This document shows, one piece after another, positions 39,982-51,807 of a stretch of DNA of 64,000 nucleotides. The DNA lies in NCBI GenBank assembly GCA_965178125.1, contig OZ237756.1:248001-312000 (forward strand), given 5' to 3'. Origin of the DNA: Bilabrum cf. latius (Eukaryota). The translations under genes were made by a program, and so were the position numbers. Numbering within the stretch: the stretch's first letter is position 1; each line of letters opens with the position of its first letter. The notes beneath the pieces were generated by a model. That model did not search any database, had not been told where the DNA came from, and was given only the letters and a program-made list of their open reading frames with translations.

Positions 39982-42900
39982 TTACCGCCCCCCACCCACG
40001 GCCGCCCCATCCCCAAGCCCGTCCAGTCCATACCTCTCGGCCCCATCCTCGCCGCTGTAGTCGCCTCCGTGTAGGTCTCCCTCCGGGTAGGGGTTGCCCT
40101 CGGTGGCCCCGCCCCCGCCTTCCTCGTTCGCACCCGGCATAATGTTGTAGTCGTCGTCGAAGGCGGGCTGCCCCACTGCCCAGACCTCCACGGCATCGCA
40201 GTCGAACACGTCCCTCCCGGCCAAAAAAGTCTCCGCGTCCTCCGAGCTCGGCCTGAGTCCGATCCCGAAGGAGTTCTCCACCCTCGAGCTGCACGCCTTG
40301 AAGTCTCCACGGAGCACGAGGTCGCCCACCCCGAACTGGAGGAACTCAGTGCTGCACCTCTGCGTGTCGTGTCTCTAGTAGGGCCTCTTCCTCGGCTGCG
40401 GGCGCATGTAGACGGACAGGTCATAGTCATTGGGGTTATCGAGGACCTCCCCGTCCTCCCCAAACACAACGTCGTTCTGCTGGGCATCGTGGAACGCGTT
40501 GATCCTGTCCTCGTTCCACTGCGCGATAATCTGGTCCTGCATCTGCTCGTGCTGCTCCCGCTTTGCCGCGTCGATCGAGGGCTGCGGCGGGCCGCGGACC
40601 CTCCCAAGGAAGGGGATGCGGCAGGTGCGCGTGACGGAGAATAGGAAGCAGGACGGGTCACCATAGTAGTGGCCGTCGAACTGCCACCCGCTCGAAGCGA
40701 ACCCTCCGAACTTGTGGGCGCCGGACTTGATGATCACCACCGTGGGCTGCCCCGGGGCCATGCGGCTGTAGAGGTCTTGGAACGTCTCAAGGTTGGCGGG
40801 CGAGTGCAGCGCCGTGCTGAATACCAGCGAGGTGGTGGGCGGCCTGGCGTACTCCTGCTGCTGCCTCAGGTTGCCCTGGTCGTCCATGAAGTCGGGCCCC
40901 GAGGTGTTGGGCATGCACAGGTAGAGGAACCTGGCCTCCTCTTTGGACAGGATCTGCGTGCCCGGGAATGCCACCGCCTCGATCCCGTGTTCCCTGATCT
41001 CCGCAGGCAGCTGCTTCTCCTTGCGGGCAGCATACCCGATCAGAGAGTTCTTCTCGATTAGGTTCGCCTGGTACCCCCTCGGGTCCCTGGAGGGTGACGC
41101 GGCTGCGCTGCTGCTGACCCGGGACTTGAGTTTCGAGGCGGAAAGCGAGCTGTTGGCGCTGCTGGGGCCGTTGGCGCCGTCCTCATCCCCCCCGTTGGAC
41201 TTGCTCTCGGTGGCCCCGCCCCCCGCACCGCTGGCGGGACCGCGGACAGCAGAGGATGCCCCGGCAGCACCAGCACCAGACTACATCCCGGTGCCCTTGC
41301 CCGAGCCGCTGCCCTGCACGGCCACGGGCTGTGGCGGCAGGCTCCTGTGCTGCACCGGCTGTGCCCTGGCGGCCTCTGGGTCTCCGCCAGCCGCATCCAC
41401 GGCCCGCTCGTATGTGAGCTTCGCGTCGAATACGGCCCTCTTCTGCTCGTCTACCGCGTTGCGCCCCAGGTGCTGCTGCTCGGGCGGGAGCCTCCTCGTC
41501 ATGGCCGTCACTTCCTCCAGCTTGGCTTCCTGCGAGCGGAGATGCGCGCGGGCCTCTGACAGCTCATCCGCGGCCCCAACGGGCCTGCCGCGATGCCGCA
41601 CCGCATCCGTGAGAGCGTCCACGGCAGATCCCCCGAGCCCGGCACTGGTACCCTGACCCCTGGCCTTGCTCTCGCTCCCGCGCATGGACGCGGGCGTGCC
41701 CTCCAGGTCGGCACCTCCGTCCCTGGAGGGAGTGGCAGGCACCATGGCTCTGCTCGCGGCGCTGTCCACCGTGCGCCCCATCCCCATGTACCTGTCTCGC
41801 GCAGCGGCAGCGGCCGCAGAGGAGGAGGCTCCGCCCCTGCCCCCTCCCATGCCCCCCGCGGCGGCATCCAGGTCGCCCTCCGCCACGACGTCCACATCGC
41901 CGAGCACCTTGATGTCTGGCTGCACCGCCACAGCAGAGAGCGCGTCCTTGATGCCTCCTCCTCCGCCCGACTGCGCGTAGAGCTCCGTCCTCATGCGGCC
42001 GTGCGCCTGCCATGCGTCCACAAAGGCAGTGGGTTGCAGGTGGTCCTGGATCACCGGCACGAACTGCTCCGCCCACTCGATGGACAGCTGCTGCCGCCTC
42101 AGCTCTAACTCCTCCGCGAGCAGCACGTACGTCTTCTGTTTGGTGAGCTGGTCAAGTTTGTCGATGACCTGCTTATGCTTCTCGCAGATCTGGCGGTACA
42201 CGGCCTCGCTGTTGTCCTGGATGGCCTTGAGCTTCCCCTCGATGGACCGGATGCCCTCTCCGATCGACCTCTTCCTCTCCTCCAGCATGGGATCGGGCCT
42301 CGCGCTCTCGTTCAACGCGCCCTCGTACTTGGATGTCAGGTCCCCCAGCATGGAGTTGGCGGCATCGCCCATGGCGGGGCCCAGGACGGACAGTGCCTGC
42401 CTCACCTGCGCCTGCACCTGCTCCACCCTCTCCCGGAACCGGGCCTGCCTCTCCGCCAGAGGGGCGTCGGCGGCGGGCCCCGACAGGCGATCCGCCTGTG
42501 AGAACTTGAAGTGCACCACGTACTGGGGGAGCGCCTGCGCCGACTCGAAGACTACGTACTCCTGCTGGGCCTGCCTGACGCCCACCCCGGGCCCCGCCTC
42601 ATCGCCCTCCTCCTCGTCCCTATGCACGTACAGGGAATCATACCCCTGGGGGAGCTTGCGCTCGCCTTTTTCATCCACGAGAGGAAATGCCCGCCCCACG
42701 GCCACCCTGCAGAGCAGGAACTGGTGCTTCTCCCCCCCGCTGGGGTCGAGATCGATGGCCCCTGTCTTAAAGGGGACGCCCGCGCCGTCCTCGGGGACGG
42801 CAAAGCCGCGGCCGCACACGTCCTGCACTCGCTGGTTGGGGGCGCGCAGTTTCTTGATGTCTACCCAGGAGTCGAGCTGCAGCAGGCCGTGGGACCGGCG

Positions 42901-43432
42901 TCCAAACGTCACGTTGAGCGTGGGATTGTCGACGCTCCAGATGTGCACGTCGCGGACATTGACGCCACGGAGATTAAGCTGCGGTACAGGAGACTTAAGA
43001 TACATTTCTTTCGCTTGGTCTTAGCCGAGAGAGTAACGGGCTTGATTTGGCAACAAACACAGCCACAATGCTCGTCCACCAGGCAACGCTGGAGTGCTAA
43101 CTGGACACTCTGCATGGCTCGCCGAGCTCATCGCACTTGCTTCTGCTCTGTTCACGAAACCCTACATATCGGAGGCCCAAGCAGCAGCGGGCTAGCGCAA
43201 GCACTCTTGCTGCCACCCAGCGCCCAGCCTGCCAGGCCCAACGACAACCGCAGAAATGCATCACAACGGAGCTTAAACCACGACATATCCCAGATATCTC
43301 ACCTGAAGGTTATACAATATTCTCTTATACTATTCTTGGGTCTCCAATAGGCGCGTTACAGGCGGTCCTGACGACATTGGAGCCTACTTTGTTCGGGCTC
43401 GCACCCACAGACTCGCGCGAAGTGATCTTCAT
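39982..43432 (-). CDS. PARP-catalytic-like N-terminal domain + coiled coil + C-terminal TLDc domain; exons 43432-43388, 43329-43303, 42978-39982
   Basis: ART/PARP-like motifs FLLCRVAVGRAF, PQGYDSLY, EYVVFESAQALPQYVVHF. TLDc motifs VVIIKSGAHKFGGFA, YYGDPSCFLFS, FLAGRDVFDCDAVEVWAV. The TLDc domain is split by TAG 40375, with another TAG at 41281; ends TAA at 39982. The small 5' exons are inferred from GT-AG sites and phase. Confidence 0.78.
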
Positions 43433-43773
43433 CTTTGAAATTTCAACGGTTGTAACCAATCCATCGAATCCAGTTGCCTTTTGTGGATACTTATGCAGCC
43501 ATCAAGGCTACATTTTGAAACATCGTGGTATGATTGCATAATTGGTATCAATGTAAACTGTCTTAGATCAGGGACACGCCAAATAATGCATAGCGGAGAG
43601 CATATTTCGCCCTACAAAGTCTGCGGACAGGAGAGTTTCATTTCGCGGTGATCCGGATGGAGGGTACAGCCGGCGCTACTATCGAAGCCACTATCTCGTT
43701 TAGAATAGAAAAAGCCTGCTGCTCGACGAAGCCATTGCTTTAATATTTATATCATCTAGCTAAATCTTGTGGA

Positions 43774-46292
43774 ATGTTGGTTTTGTTCGAGACTCCCGCG
43801 GGGTACGCCCTATTCAAAGTGATGGACGACGGCAAGCTGAAGTCCACCGACACCATCCAGCAGCAGTTTGAGTCTGTTGGAAAGGCAGCATCATTGTGAG
43901 TTATTTAATTCCTGTGTGTGGTTCCCCCTGCTATTATTGGCGGGCAGTCGGCTGTCAGCTGGCTCGCAGCAGATCGTTTCCGATGTGTACTCGAGGGACC
44001 TTGCCATTGCTAAGCGATTCCATCCGATCGGCACATCATCGTAACTCATCAATATCTTCATCAATGCAGCGTGAAACTGGCTGCATTCAAGCAGTTCAGG
44101 AGCACGGCGGAGGCAACCGCCGCCGCCGCTTGCATGGTCGACCAGACCCTGCACGACGATTTGCGCAAGTTCCTCAAGAAGAACATCGCGAAGCGAGGAC
44201 TCGACGACGAGCTCGCCGTCCTTGATTCCAAAATCGGCGGCCTGATCAAGAGCAAGCTGGACATCCAGTGCATCTCGGACGCCCGGGTGCAGGTCCTCTT
44301 CAGGGGCATCAGGGAGCACCTGACTTCCCTCGTGGACGGCCTCGAGCCCAAGCAGCTGCACAGCATGATGCTCGGTCTGGGCCACTCCCTCAGTCGGTAC
44401 AAGCTCAAGTTCAGCCCCGACAAGGTGGACACGATGGTGGTGCAGGCCATCTCGCTGCTGGACGACCTAGACAAGGAGATCAACACGTACGCCATGAGGG
44501 TCAAGGAGTGGTTCTCCTGGCACTTCCCCGAGATGGCCAAGATCGTCAAGGACAACTACCAGTACACCCGCTGCGTGCAGCGCATGAAGGTGCGCACAGC
44601 CGCCGCTGCCCTCGATTTCTCTGACATCCTCGAGGATGACGGCATCGAGAAGGCGCTCAAGGAGGCGGCCGTGCTCTCCATGGGGACTGATATCGCAGAG
44701 GATGACGTGGAGAGCATCCAGGTGCTCGGTGACCAGGTGAGGTGCTTTTGGTTTCGATGCTTGCTGTGGGTTTTTTCTGCTTGGCTTTGCTTGGCTTGGC
44801 TTGAGCGTGCTGTCCCTCCCGTCCCGCGGCCCCTCCCCATTCCCTGTTTCGCGATGCCGCCCGCTGCACCCCGCCCTCTGATGACACGAACCACTTTTTA
44901 TACCAAGATCTGCACCGAGCGGCTCCAACCGCGATGGCGAGACGTGGATCAAGTCTGAGGGCAAGCAGCATGGTTCGATTTTGGATCAGGTTTGGATTGG
45001 ATGAGATGAATGGGTTGTTGAGAGCGCTTGCACTTATGGATTGGATGAGATGAATGGGTTGTTGAGAGCGCTTGCACTTATGGATTGGATGAGATGAATG
45101 GGTTGTTGAGAGCGCTTGCACTTATGGATTGGATGAGATGAATGGGTTGTTGAGAGCGCTTGCACTTATGGATTGGATGAGATGAATGGGTTGTTGAGAG
45201 CGCTTGCACGTATGGATTGGATGAGATGAATGGGTTGTTGAGAGCGCTTGCACGTATGGATTGGATGAGATGAATGGGTTGTTGAGAGCGCTTGCACGTA
45301 TGGATTGGATGAGATGAATGGGTTGTTGAGAGCGCTTGCACGTATGGATTGGATGAGATGAATGGGTTGTTGAGAGCGCTTGCACGTATGGATTGGATGA
45401 GATGAATGGGTTGTTGAGAGCGCTTGCACTTATGGATTGGATGAGATGAATGGGTTGTTGAGAGCGCTTGCACTTATGTGTCCACCCACCCACCCCATGT
45501 ACCTCCGTTTGCTCGTCACACCTGATCCCATTCCCTCTCGCGCAGGTGATCCAGCTGATGGAGTTCCGCACCACCCTCAACGACTACCTCCGGAAGCGCA
45601 TGCAGGCCATCGCCCCCAACCTGACGGTGATGGTGGGCGAGCTAGTGGGGGCCCGCCTCATCGCCCACGCCGGCTCGCTCATGAACCTGGCCAAGCAGCC
45701 CGCGTCCACTGTGCAGATCCTGGGGGCAGAGAAGGCCCTCTTTAGGGCCCTAAAGACCAAGCACGACACCCCCAAGTACGGTCTCATCTTCCACGCATCG
45801 CTGGTTGGACAGTCCGCCCCCAAGAACAAGGGCAAGATCTCCAGGGTGCTCGCGGCCAAGACCGCCCTGGCGGTGCGCGTGGATGCCCTCGGAGACACCA
45901 CGGAGCCCACGGTGGGTCTCGAGGGTCGTGAGAAGGTCGAGGCCCGGCTCAGCGAGCTGGAGGGGGGGCGTGCCCTCAAGCTGGCGGGGGGTGCTGTGGC
46001 GAGGGCGAGGACGGAGGCGTACCAGGCGGGGTCTTCGGGTGCACCAGGGTACAACGCGGCGGCTGACATGATGATGAGCGATTCCGCGTCGTCTTCTTCG
46101 TCTGCCGCGGCTGCTTCTGCCGCCCCTGTGGCGGGCAAGAAGAGGCGAAGGAGCGAGGATGCTGGTGATTCCGGGGCTAAGGAAGACGGCAGCAGCAGCG
46201 GGGAGGAGCGACCTGCGAAGAAGAGCAAGAAGGAGAAAAAGGAGAAAAAAGAAAAGAAGGAGAAAAAGTCCAAGAAGAGCAAGAAGGAGTGA
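43774..46292 (+). CDS. NOP58: Nucleolar protein 58 (box C/D snoRNP); exons 43774-43895, 44070-44736, 45546-46292
   Basis: [81 protein letters not shown] tail; GT-AG introns in phase; ends TGA. Confidence 0.95.
44873..44962 (+). ncRNA. Candidate intronic box C/D snoRNA in NOP58 intron 2
   Basis: Box C TGATGA at 44879-84, box D CTGA at 44955-58, terminal stem GCCC/GGGC. The internal ACCAAGATCTGCAC is complementary to conserved LSU rRNA GUGCAGAUCUUGGU and ends at a CCGA (D'-like) box. Confidence 0.72.
44993..45478. repeat. 44-bp intronic minisatellite, ~11 copies
   Basis: Unit tatggattggatgagatgaatgggttgttgagagcgcttgcac(t/g), directly abutting, no spacers. Confidence 0.95.
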
Positions 46293-46565
46293 TTGATGTT
46301 GGCAACATGCTCATCTGGTTGTGCACTCCGTTCGCGGGTCATGCTTGTTTCCAACGGCCCGCCTGCATTCCAAGTAGCCGAGCATACCGAGCAGACGTGA
46401 TGAACACGCACAAAAGTACTCAATCATCGTGAGGGTCGCGGCAGCGCCTCTTTTTTCCCTCACGGACGAAATCTGTGTTGGCTGCATTGTAACGAGCATA
46501 TTAAAGCAGCAAATCGATCCAACAGAAACAGCGCCCTGTTTGCATCAGATTCGGTTTGAAGTAGA

Positions 46566-47124
46566 ATGGCAGCTGCCGGGGGGATAGCTAAGGCTGTAGC
46601 AGACAAGAAAGGGTGGTTGGTGAAGCAGAGTAAGTACTGTGTCTCTGCAGCATGTCGGTATTGTCCTATAGTTCTTAGCAACCGATGTCTTGTTGTATTG
46701 CCTACCATACAAACGCGACGCAGGCGCTTGGCTGAAAGATTGGAGGCAGAGGTACTTTCGATTAGTTGGGAACATGCTGTACTTTTCGAAGAGCGAGGAC
46801 GACGAGCCGCACGGGCAGATTTCCTTAGAGACTGCCCTGACAGTCAAGAGCGCGAGCGCAGCCATTGGAAGAGATAACGCGTTTGTAGTTAGCACACCAA
46901 CAGCTAGTTTTTATTGCTGTGCGCCAACCATGGAAGAGAAGGATGCTTGGATCGGTGCGATTGGGCGTGCTATTGTTCGGTACAGCCATGCGACAGCCGG
47001 CGGCGCTCTTGACGGGCGCGGCGGTGACGAGGAAGCGGACGAAATCGACGATGTGGAGCTAGATGAGGATGCAGCCATGCTTGGAATCAAGCCCGGGATC
47101 GCGCTCTCTGAGAGCATTGCATGA
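46566..47124 (+). CDS. Small pleckstrin-homology (PH) domain protein; intron 46630-46723
   Basis: KKGWLVKQS/AWLKDWRQRYFRLVGNMLYFSK...PHGQISL...EEKDAWIGAIGRAI; GTAAGT...CGCAG intron in phase; ends TGA. Confidence 0.88.
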
Positions 47125-47313
47125 ACGACGCTCTGCGAGCGTCTGATGCTAATAGATCTACTGCGTTTTGGGATATAATATTATGAGATTCCGTTTTCTG
47201 GCTATGAGCTGATTGTAGCGGTAGCGAACGAATGGAGCACGCAGGCAGGCCACGAGGCCGCACCTTAGTAGATCTATGTACAGCTACCGAGCGCATGCCA
47301 TGCGAGTCATGCC

Positions 47314-49293
47314 TCACGGCTTGGACCCTGCCGCGAACCGGATGTGCCTAGATCTACCCTCCCCCTCTCCCTCTCCGTCAGCCGATGCACTGTCGTGCGG
47401 TGCACCCGGCCCAGCCTCCGCGCCTCCTTTCCCCTCACCGCCCTCCCCGTCCCCCTCCTCCTTCTTCTTCTTGGTTCTCCTCGCCAGAGCCGCCTTGCCC
47501 ACAAGCAGGAATGTGTCCCGGTTGGGCCCAGCCACCACCTGCCGGCACCGCACTGCTCTTGGCAGAGAGACCTTCACTCCCCGACCAGCCCCGATGAGCG
47601 CCCTCGCCATACCCTCCGCATCGGATCGAACCCCCGCATCGCCCACAGTGCCCCTCCCGGCCATCGTGCCCTTGCCGCTCCCGGCACCGGGTTTGCCGGC
47701 CGCAGAGTCCCACAGGCGCTCGGCCGGCCGAAGCTTCCGGAACGAACCCGAAGCGAACCTTCGCCTGATCTCCAGGTCCTGTTCCTCGGGAAGCTTCCCT
47801 CCGCTGTGCCAGTCCCCCCGGCGAGCCGTCCCCGCCGAGTACAGCTTCGCGTGCCAGGGAACATCGGAGCGGAAGGACGTCGCGGCTGCAGACAGCACCT
47901 CTGCCGTGAACGAGGGTCTTGACTTGCCACCGTCCGGCTCCAGGCTCGCAGGAGTCGACTGGGGAGGAGCAGCGGGAGAGGGGCCGCCCTCCTCTGCCGC
48001 CTCCCGTTCTTGCTCCGATCCCTGTTGATCCGATCCCGGCACCCCCCGCACCTGCAGCGCCTCAAGCCCGGGGGGGGCACTCCTAGAGGGCAAGAAAACC
48101 GCCGAGGGGCCCGGCCTCCCGTGCGCCGCCACCAGCGAGAACCGGCCTAGTGGAGGCTCTGCCCCGTGACCGCTGCCGGCGAGCGCGGTGAACAGCCGGG
48201 AGGCCGCGGAGGTCGGCTTTGCGGAACCGGAAAGCGCGGCGCCGGCATCCGAGGCCAGAGCGCCCGCATGCGCGGGGGCCTGGAGGTCGCACCTGACGAT
48301 TGCGAAGCCGACGGGCGGCGGGGGTGCCCTGCCCGAGGTCGCGGGGGGGGCGCCGTAGTGCGTCTTGATGTCGGTTGCAACCACCTCGTCGAGTGCCACA
48401 GATGGGACGGGGCTGAGGCCACTGCTCTCCCCCTTCTCCTCATTCTTCTCCTCTCCTCCACCGGTGCCGGCGCCGCGCAGCAGCTCCTCCACGCTGCGGA
48501 ACACCCACGGGCCCACGCCGCCGTCCGCGATGCTGCCCGGCCCGGCATCGGCATCCCCCGTGAGTTTCGATTCCGGATCGATCCTCGGCTTGCTCCTGGG
48601 CGGCTGCCCGTCCTCGTCCTTGCCCTTCTTGGTCTGGTCGTCTTCTTCATCCTCCGAGGTGTTCCCGGCAGAGGAATCGCTGCTCCTGGCGTCTTTGGGG
48701 AGCACCGTGGTGGGGAAGCAATCTTTGGCCGCTTCCAGGAGAGCAGAGGCCCCCAGTGGCAATTGCATGGTGGCTGTGCTGATGCTGCCACTGCTGCTGC
48801 TGCTGCCTGCGCCCGTGCTCGGTGTTGGTGCATCTTTGGATGACTCTGAAGAGGCGACTGCCCCGGGTTCGGTGCCGTTTCCTGAACCTTGCTGGCATCC
48901 TCCAGCGGAAATAATGGGACCCGCACCACTGCATGCAAATATGCTGCACTGGGCGGGAGGCGATTCGCTGCTTTGGGAACCTGGCACTGGAGGAGAGGCC
49001 TGCTATGGCGCACTAGGCTGGCCGGTCGTCAGTGGCACCAGGACGTAGATGGCAGAGGGTGGGCGCAGGTCTGGTGTTAGAGCAGATGGTCTAAGATACA
49101 CTTCTGCCCGCACTCCGGTGAGCTGCCATCCCATGGCCGGCGTGCCAGCCAGTTGATCGGCAGGCGCCCCTGGCGAGGACTTGGTATTAAAGGGAACCGC
49201 GAGAAGGTCGACGCCGCGAAGTTGCAGTGTGAAGCATAGTCGAAGCTTCTACTGCTTTGAACCAGGTATGGCACACAGCTCCAGTAGGTACAT
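47314..49293 (-). CDS. Hypothetical protein (~660 aa; start uncertain)
   Basis: The 557-aa ORF extends upstream in frame through TAGs at 49003 and ~49249 to ATG 49293; ends TGA; no domain recognised. Confidence 0.55.
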
Positions 49294-49546
49294 GTGAGGG
49301 CGTCTAGCTGTACTGCAACTGGTGCGGGATATAGAATCACTCCGTCTGCTTCGTCAAACGCGGGTCCAGTCTGGCTCGTAACGGGTTCACAAACACAGAA
49401 TTGTCGATCCAGCTTAGAACTGCAGCCGTCAACTTGGAGGACTTGAGTGAATTGGGTTTGCTTTCTCCCCTGGATTACGATCGTCACGCTGCGCCGTACA
49501 ACCTGATTGCGAACCTCACTCCTCGGGCTGCAAAAAGCAAGCCCTA

Positions 49547-51436
49547 ATGTCATATTTCATGACTTTTGGGCTGTTCGTTCTGCCTCACCTCCTTCGTGCC
49601 CATGGTACGGGGTCGCTTCCGGACCCGCTCCAGTTGCTGAAGGAGATGCAGTCCGCCATCGATAGCAAGCAGGCGTCCTTCGACATCCCCTGCGGCACGT
49701 ACCTGTTCAATGAAGCCAAGACCAACGTGGCTCTTTTCAATGCGAGCAACTTTCACCTCCGGGGGAATGGAGCAGTGTTCGTGATGGGCGGAGACCTCCG
49801 GTCTCCCGGCGTAACGCTCTCCCAGTGGACGAACAGTTCCATCAGCGACCTCTCCATAGATTTTGAGCCCGCCGCATACTCTCAGTGCGAAATAGTCTCA
49901 ATCCAAAACGCGACGACGAGCCGCCCGTCGATGGACGTCCGCCCACTCGCTGGATTCAACCCTCCCGACCCACGGCTGCACCCCGAGTACGGTGCGAGGG
50001 TCGTCAAGGCCATTTATTGGAACGGAACGGATCCATCGTACCGCATGCTGCCGTACCAGGCGGGCGTGAACAATTGGCTGGACGTGCAGCCGCTGTCCGT
50101 GCCGTGCAGCGGGACCTGCAGCCAAAGCGACCACTTTTCCTCCCGACCCCGCACAAGTACCGGGCAGGCAAATGGTGCACAGCTAGACCAGCTGTATCGC
50201 GTTTTCCTCGCGCGGCGGATCCAGGGCAATCCCCGGCCTGGAATTGATCTGGTCACGCTGGGCCCGCGCACAGGGGGGGCGATTTCGACGGTCAAGAGCA
50301 CGAACGTCACGCACTCAGGCATTCAGGTGCACGGCAGTGGCAACATGGCGGTGGCGGCGTTTGGTGGTGGGGGAGGGCACACGTACTAGCAGGTGGTCGT
50401 GGGGCGATACCCGGGCGGGGGCCTGGCTGCTTCACGGTGCGACTGGGAGGCCTAGGCTCGGCGGAGAGGATTGGACGGCGCGGAAGCAGCAGCGGGGAGA
50501 TGGGCATCACCCGGTGCAATCTTGCACGAAGGAGGAGTCCCGCCCCGGCTGTTGGCCTCGAACGCGGACGCTTTCCACGCCAACAACCTCCGCGTGGGTC
50601 CCACGGTGATGGACTCGACCTTCTCCTTCGCGGGCGATGACCTGATGAACCTCCACGACGAACTTTCGCTGTTGTTGCGACCACGCTCGCCGGCTGGGGC
50701 AGGCTGGGGGCCCGGGAAAGCCGTTTTGGTGGACGGGTCAACGGCGGGGAACCCAAGTGCGGTGCTGCAGCACCTGCAGCGGGGCTCGGTTCTCAAGTTT
50801 TACGACCCGCGGAACTTCAGTTACAGAGGGAACGCCACTGTGGGATGCATCACCCGGTGCGCGAACGTTCCTTCCGAGTGCACAGCCGATATACTGTCCA
50901 TGGCGGAGCAGGCCAGCCGGGTGATGGACTCGCCTCCTCTAGACCTGCACGTGCGAAACATCACGGCCAACGCGCAGAACACGTGGGTGGTCACTTTCGG
51001 TGACGACGATGCTCCCAACCTGTTTCCGCAGCAGGAAAACGCTCCCGGGGTCGCAGGGGGGTCCCTTCCTTCGACTGCGGTAAACTACTCGCTAGTGCAG
51101 TATGACGGGTACTCTACGGCGGGCGCTGTTGTGCGGAACGTGAGTTTCCATGACTCCTTCGACAGGTGCCTCATGCTTAAGTCAATCGGAGCTACCGTGA
51201 GCGCGTCGAGGTTTGCACGGTGCCGCGGGGTGCACATCGAGCCCGACCAGTACTTCCTCGAGGGCTCCGTTGACCTGCGGGACATCACGGTGGAGGAGAG
51301 CCGGTTCCAGGACTGCGCCGTACTGCGGAATGCGACCATCACAGTCGCGGAATTTGCGCGGAACGTGACGCTGCGGGGCAATGACATTCAGCCGGGGCCG
51401 GCGCCTGGAAGCACGGCTACGGAGGGAGGGGACTGA
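49547..51436 (+). CDS. Secreted right-handed beta-helix (pectin-lyase fold) protein, GH110 alpha-galactosidase-like
   Basis: ORFs 49547-50389 and 50471-51436 are in one frame joined at TAG 50387. Signal-like N-terminus; IPCGTYLF, LRGNGAVFV, SNADAFH, FAGDDLMNLH, VVRNVSFHD; ends TGA. Confidence 0.7.
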
Positions 51437-51807
51437 GGGCCCGGCGCCTGGGTAGGAGAGCAAGCATGGGCATTGTAAGTGTGGGAATAGTGTCCATATT
51501 ATAAATGATGAAACGCTGTGGTCTAGAAGTAGTGGGCCTTCAATAAACAAAACACATGCCCCTTACCAGCACTCATTCCCGACAAAATCTTGGCCCGTCA
51601 GCGCTGGTAAAACGCGTCGACACACCCGCTGCATCACAACGAGGCGCAAGCCCATCCAGGATAGCCTCCAGCAAAGCAGCGGTGGTTCTTGCATTGAAGT
51701 GGCCAGTTTACGCTGCCTCTGCTTCCCGGTCCACAGGTCCAGTCACCTCTCATATCGATCCGTTACCTGGTTGGAGCTCTTTTCCGTCGGTAGGCTGCTT
51801 GCCTGGC

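Noticed and set aside
40943-43350. Long plus-strand ORFs opposite real genes (e.g. 41993-43024)
   Set aside because: Antisense shadows of GC-rich coding sequence with no motifs
43896-44069. H/ACA snoRNA in NOP58 intron 1
   Set aside because: Some hairpin potential and an ACA, but no convincing H box or target
44993-45478. 44-bp array as a CRISPR array
   Set aside because: Units abut with no unique spacers, it lies in a spliceosomal intron, and there are no cas genes
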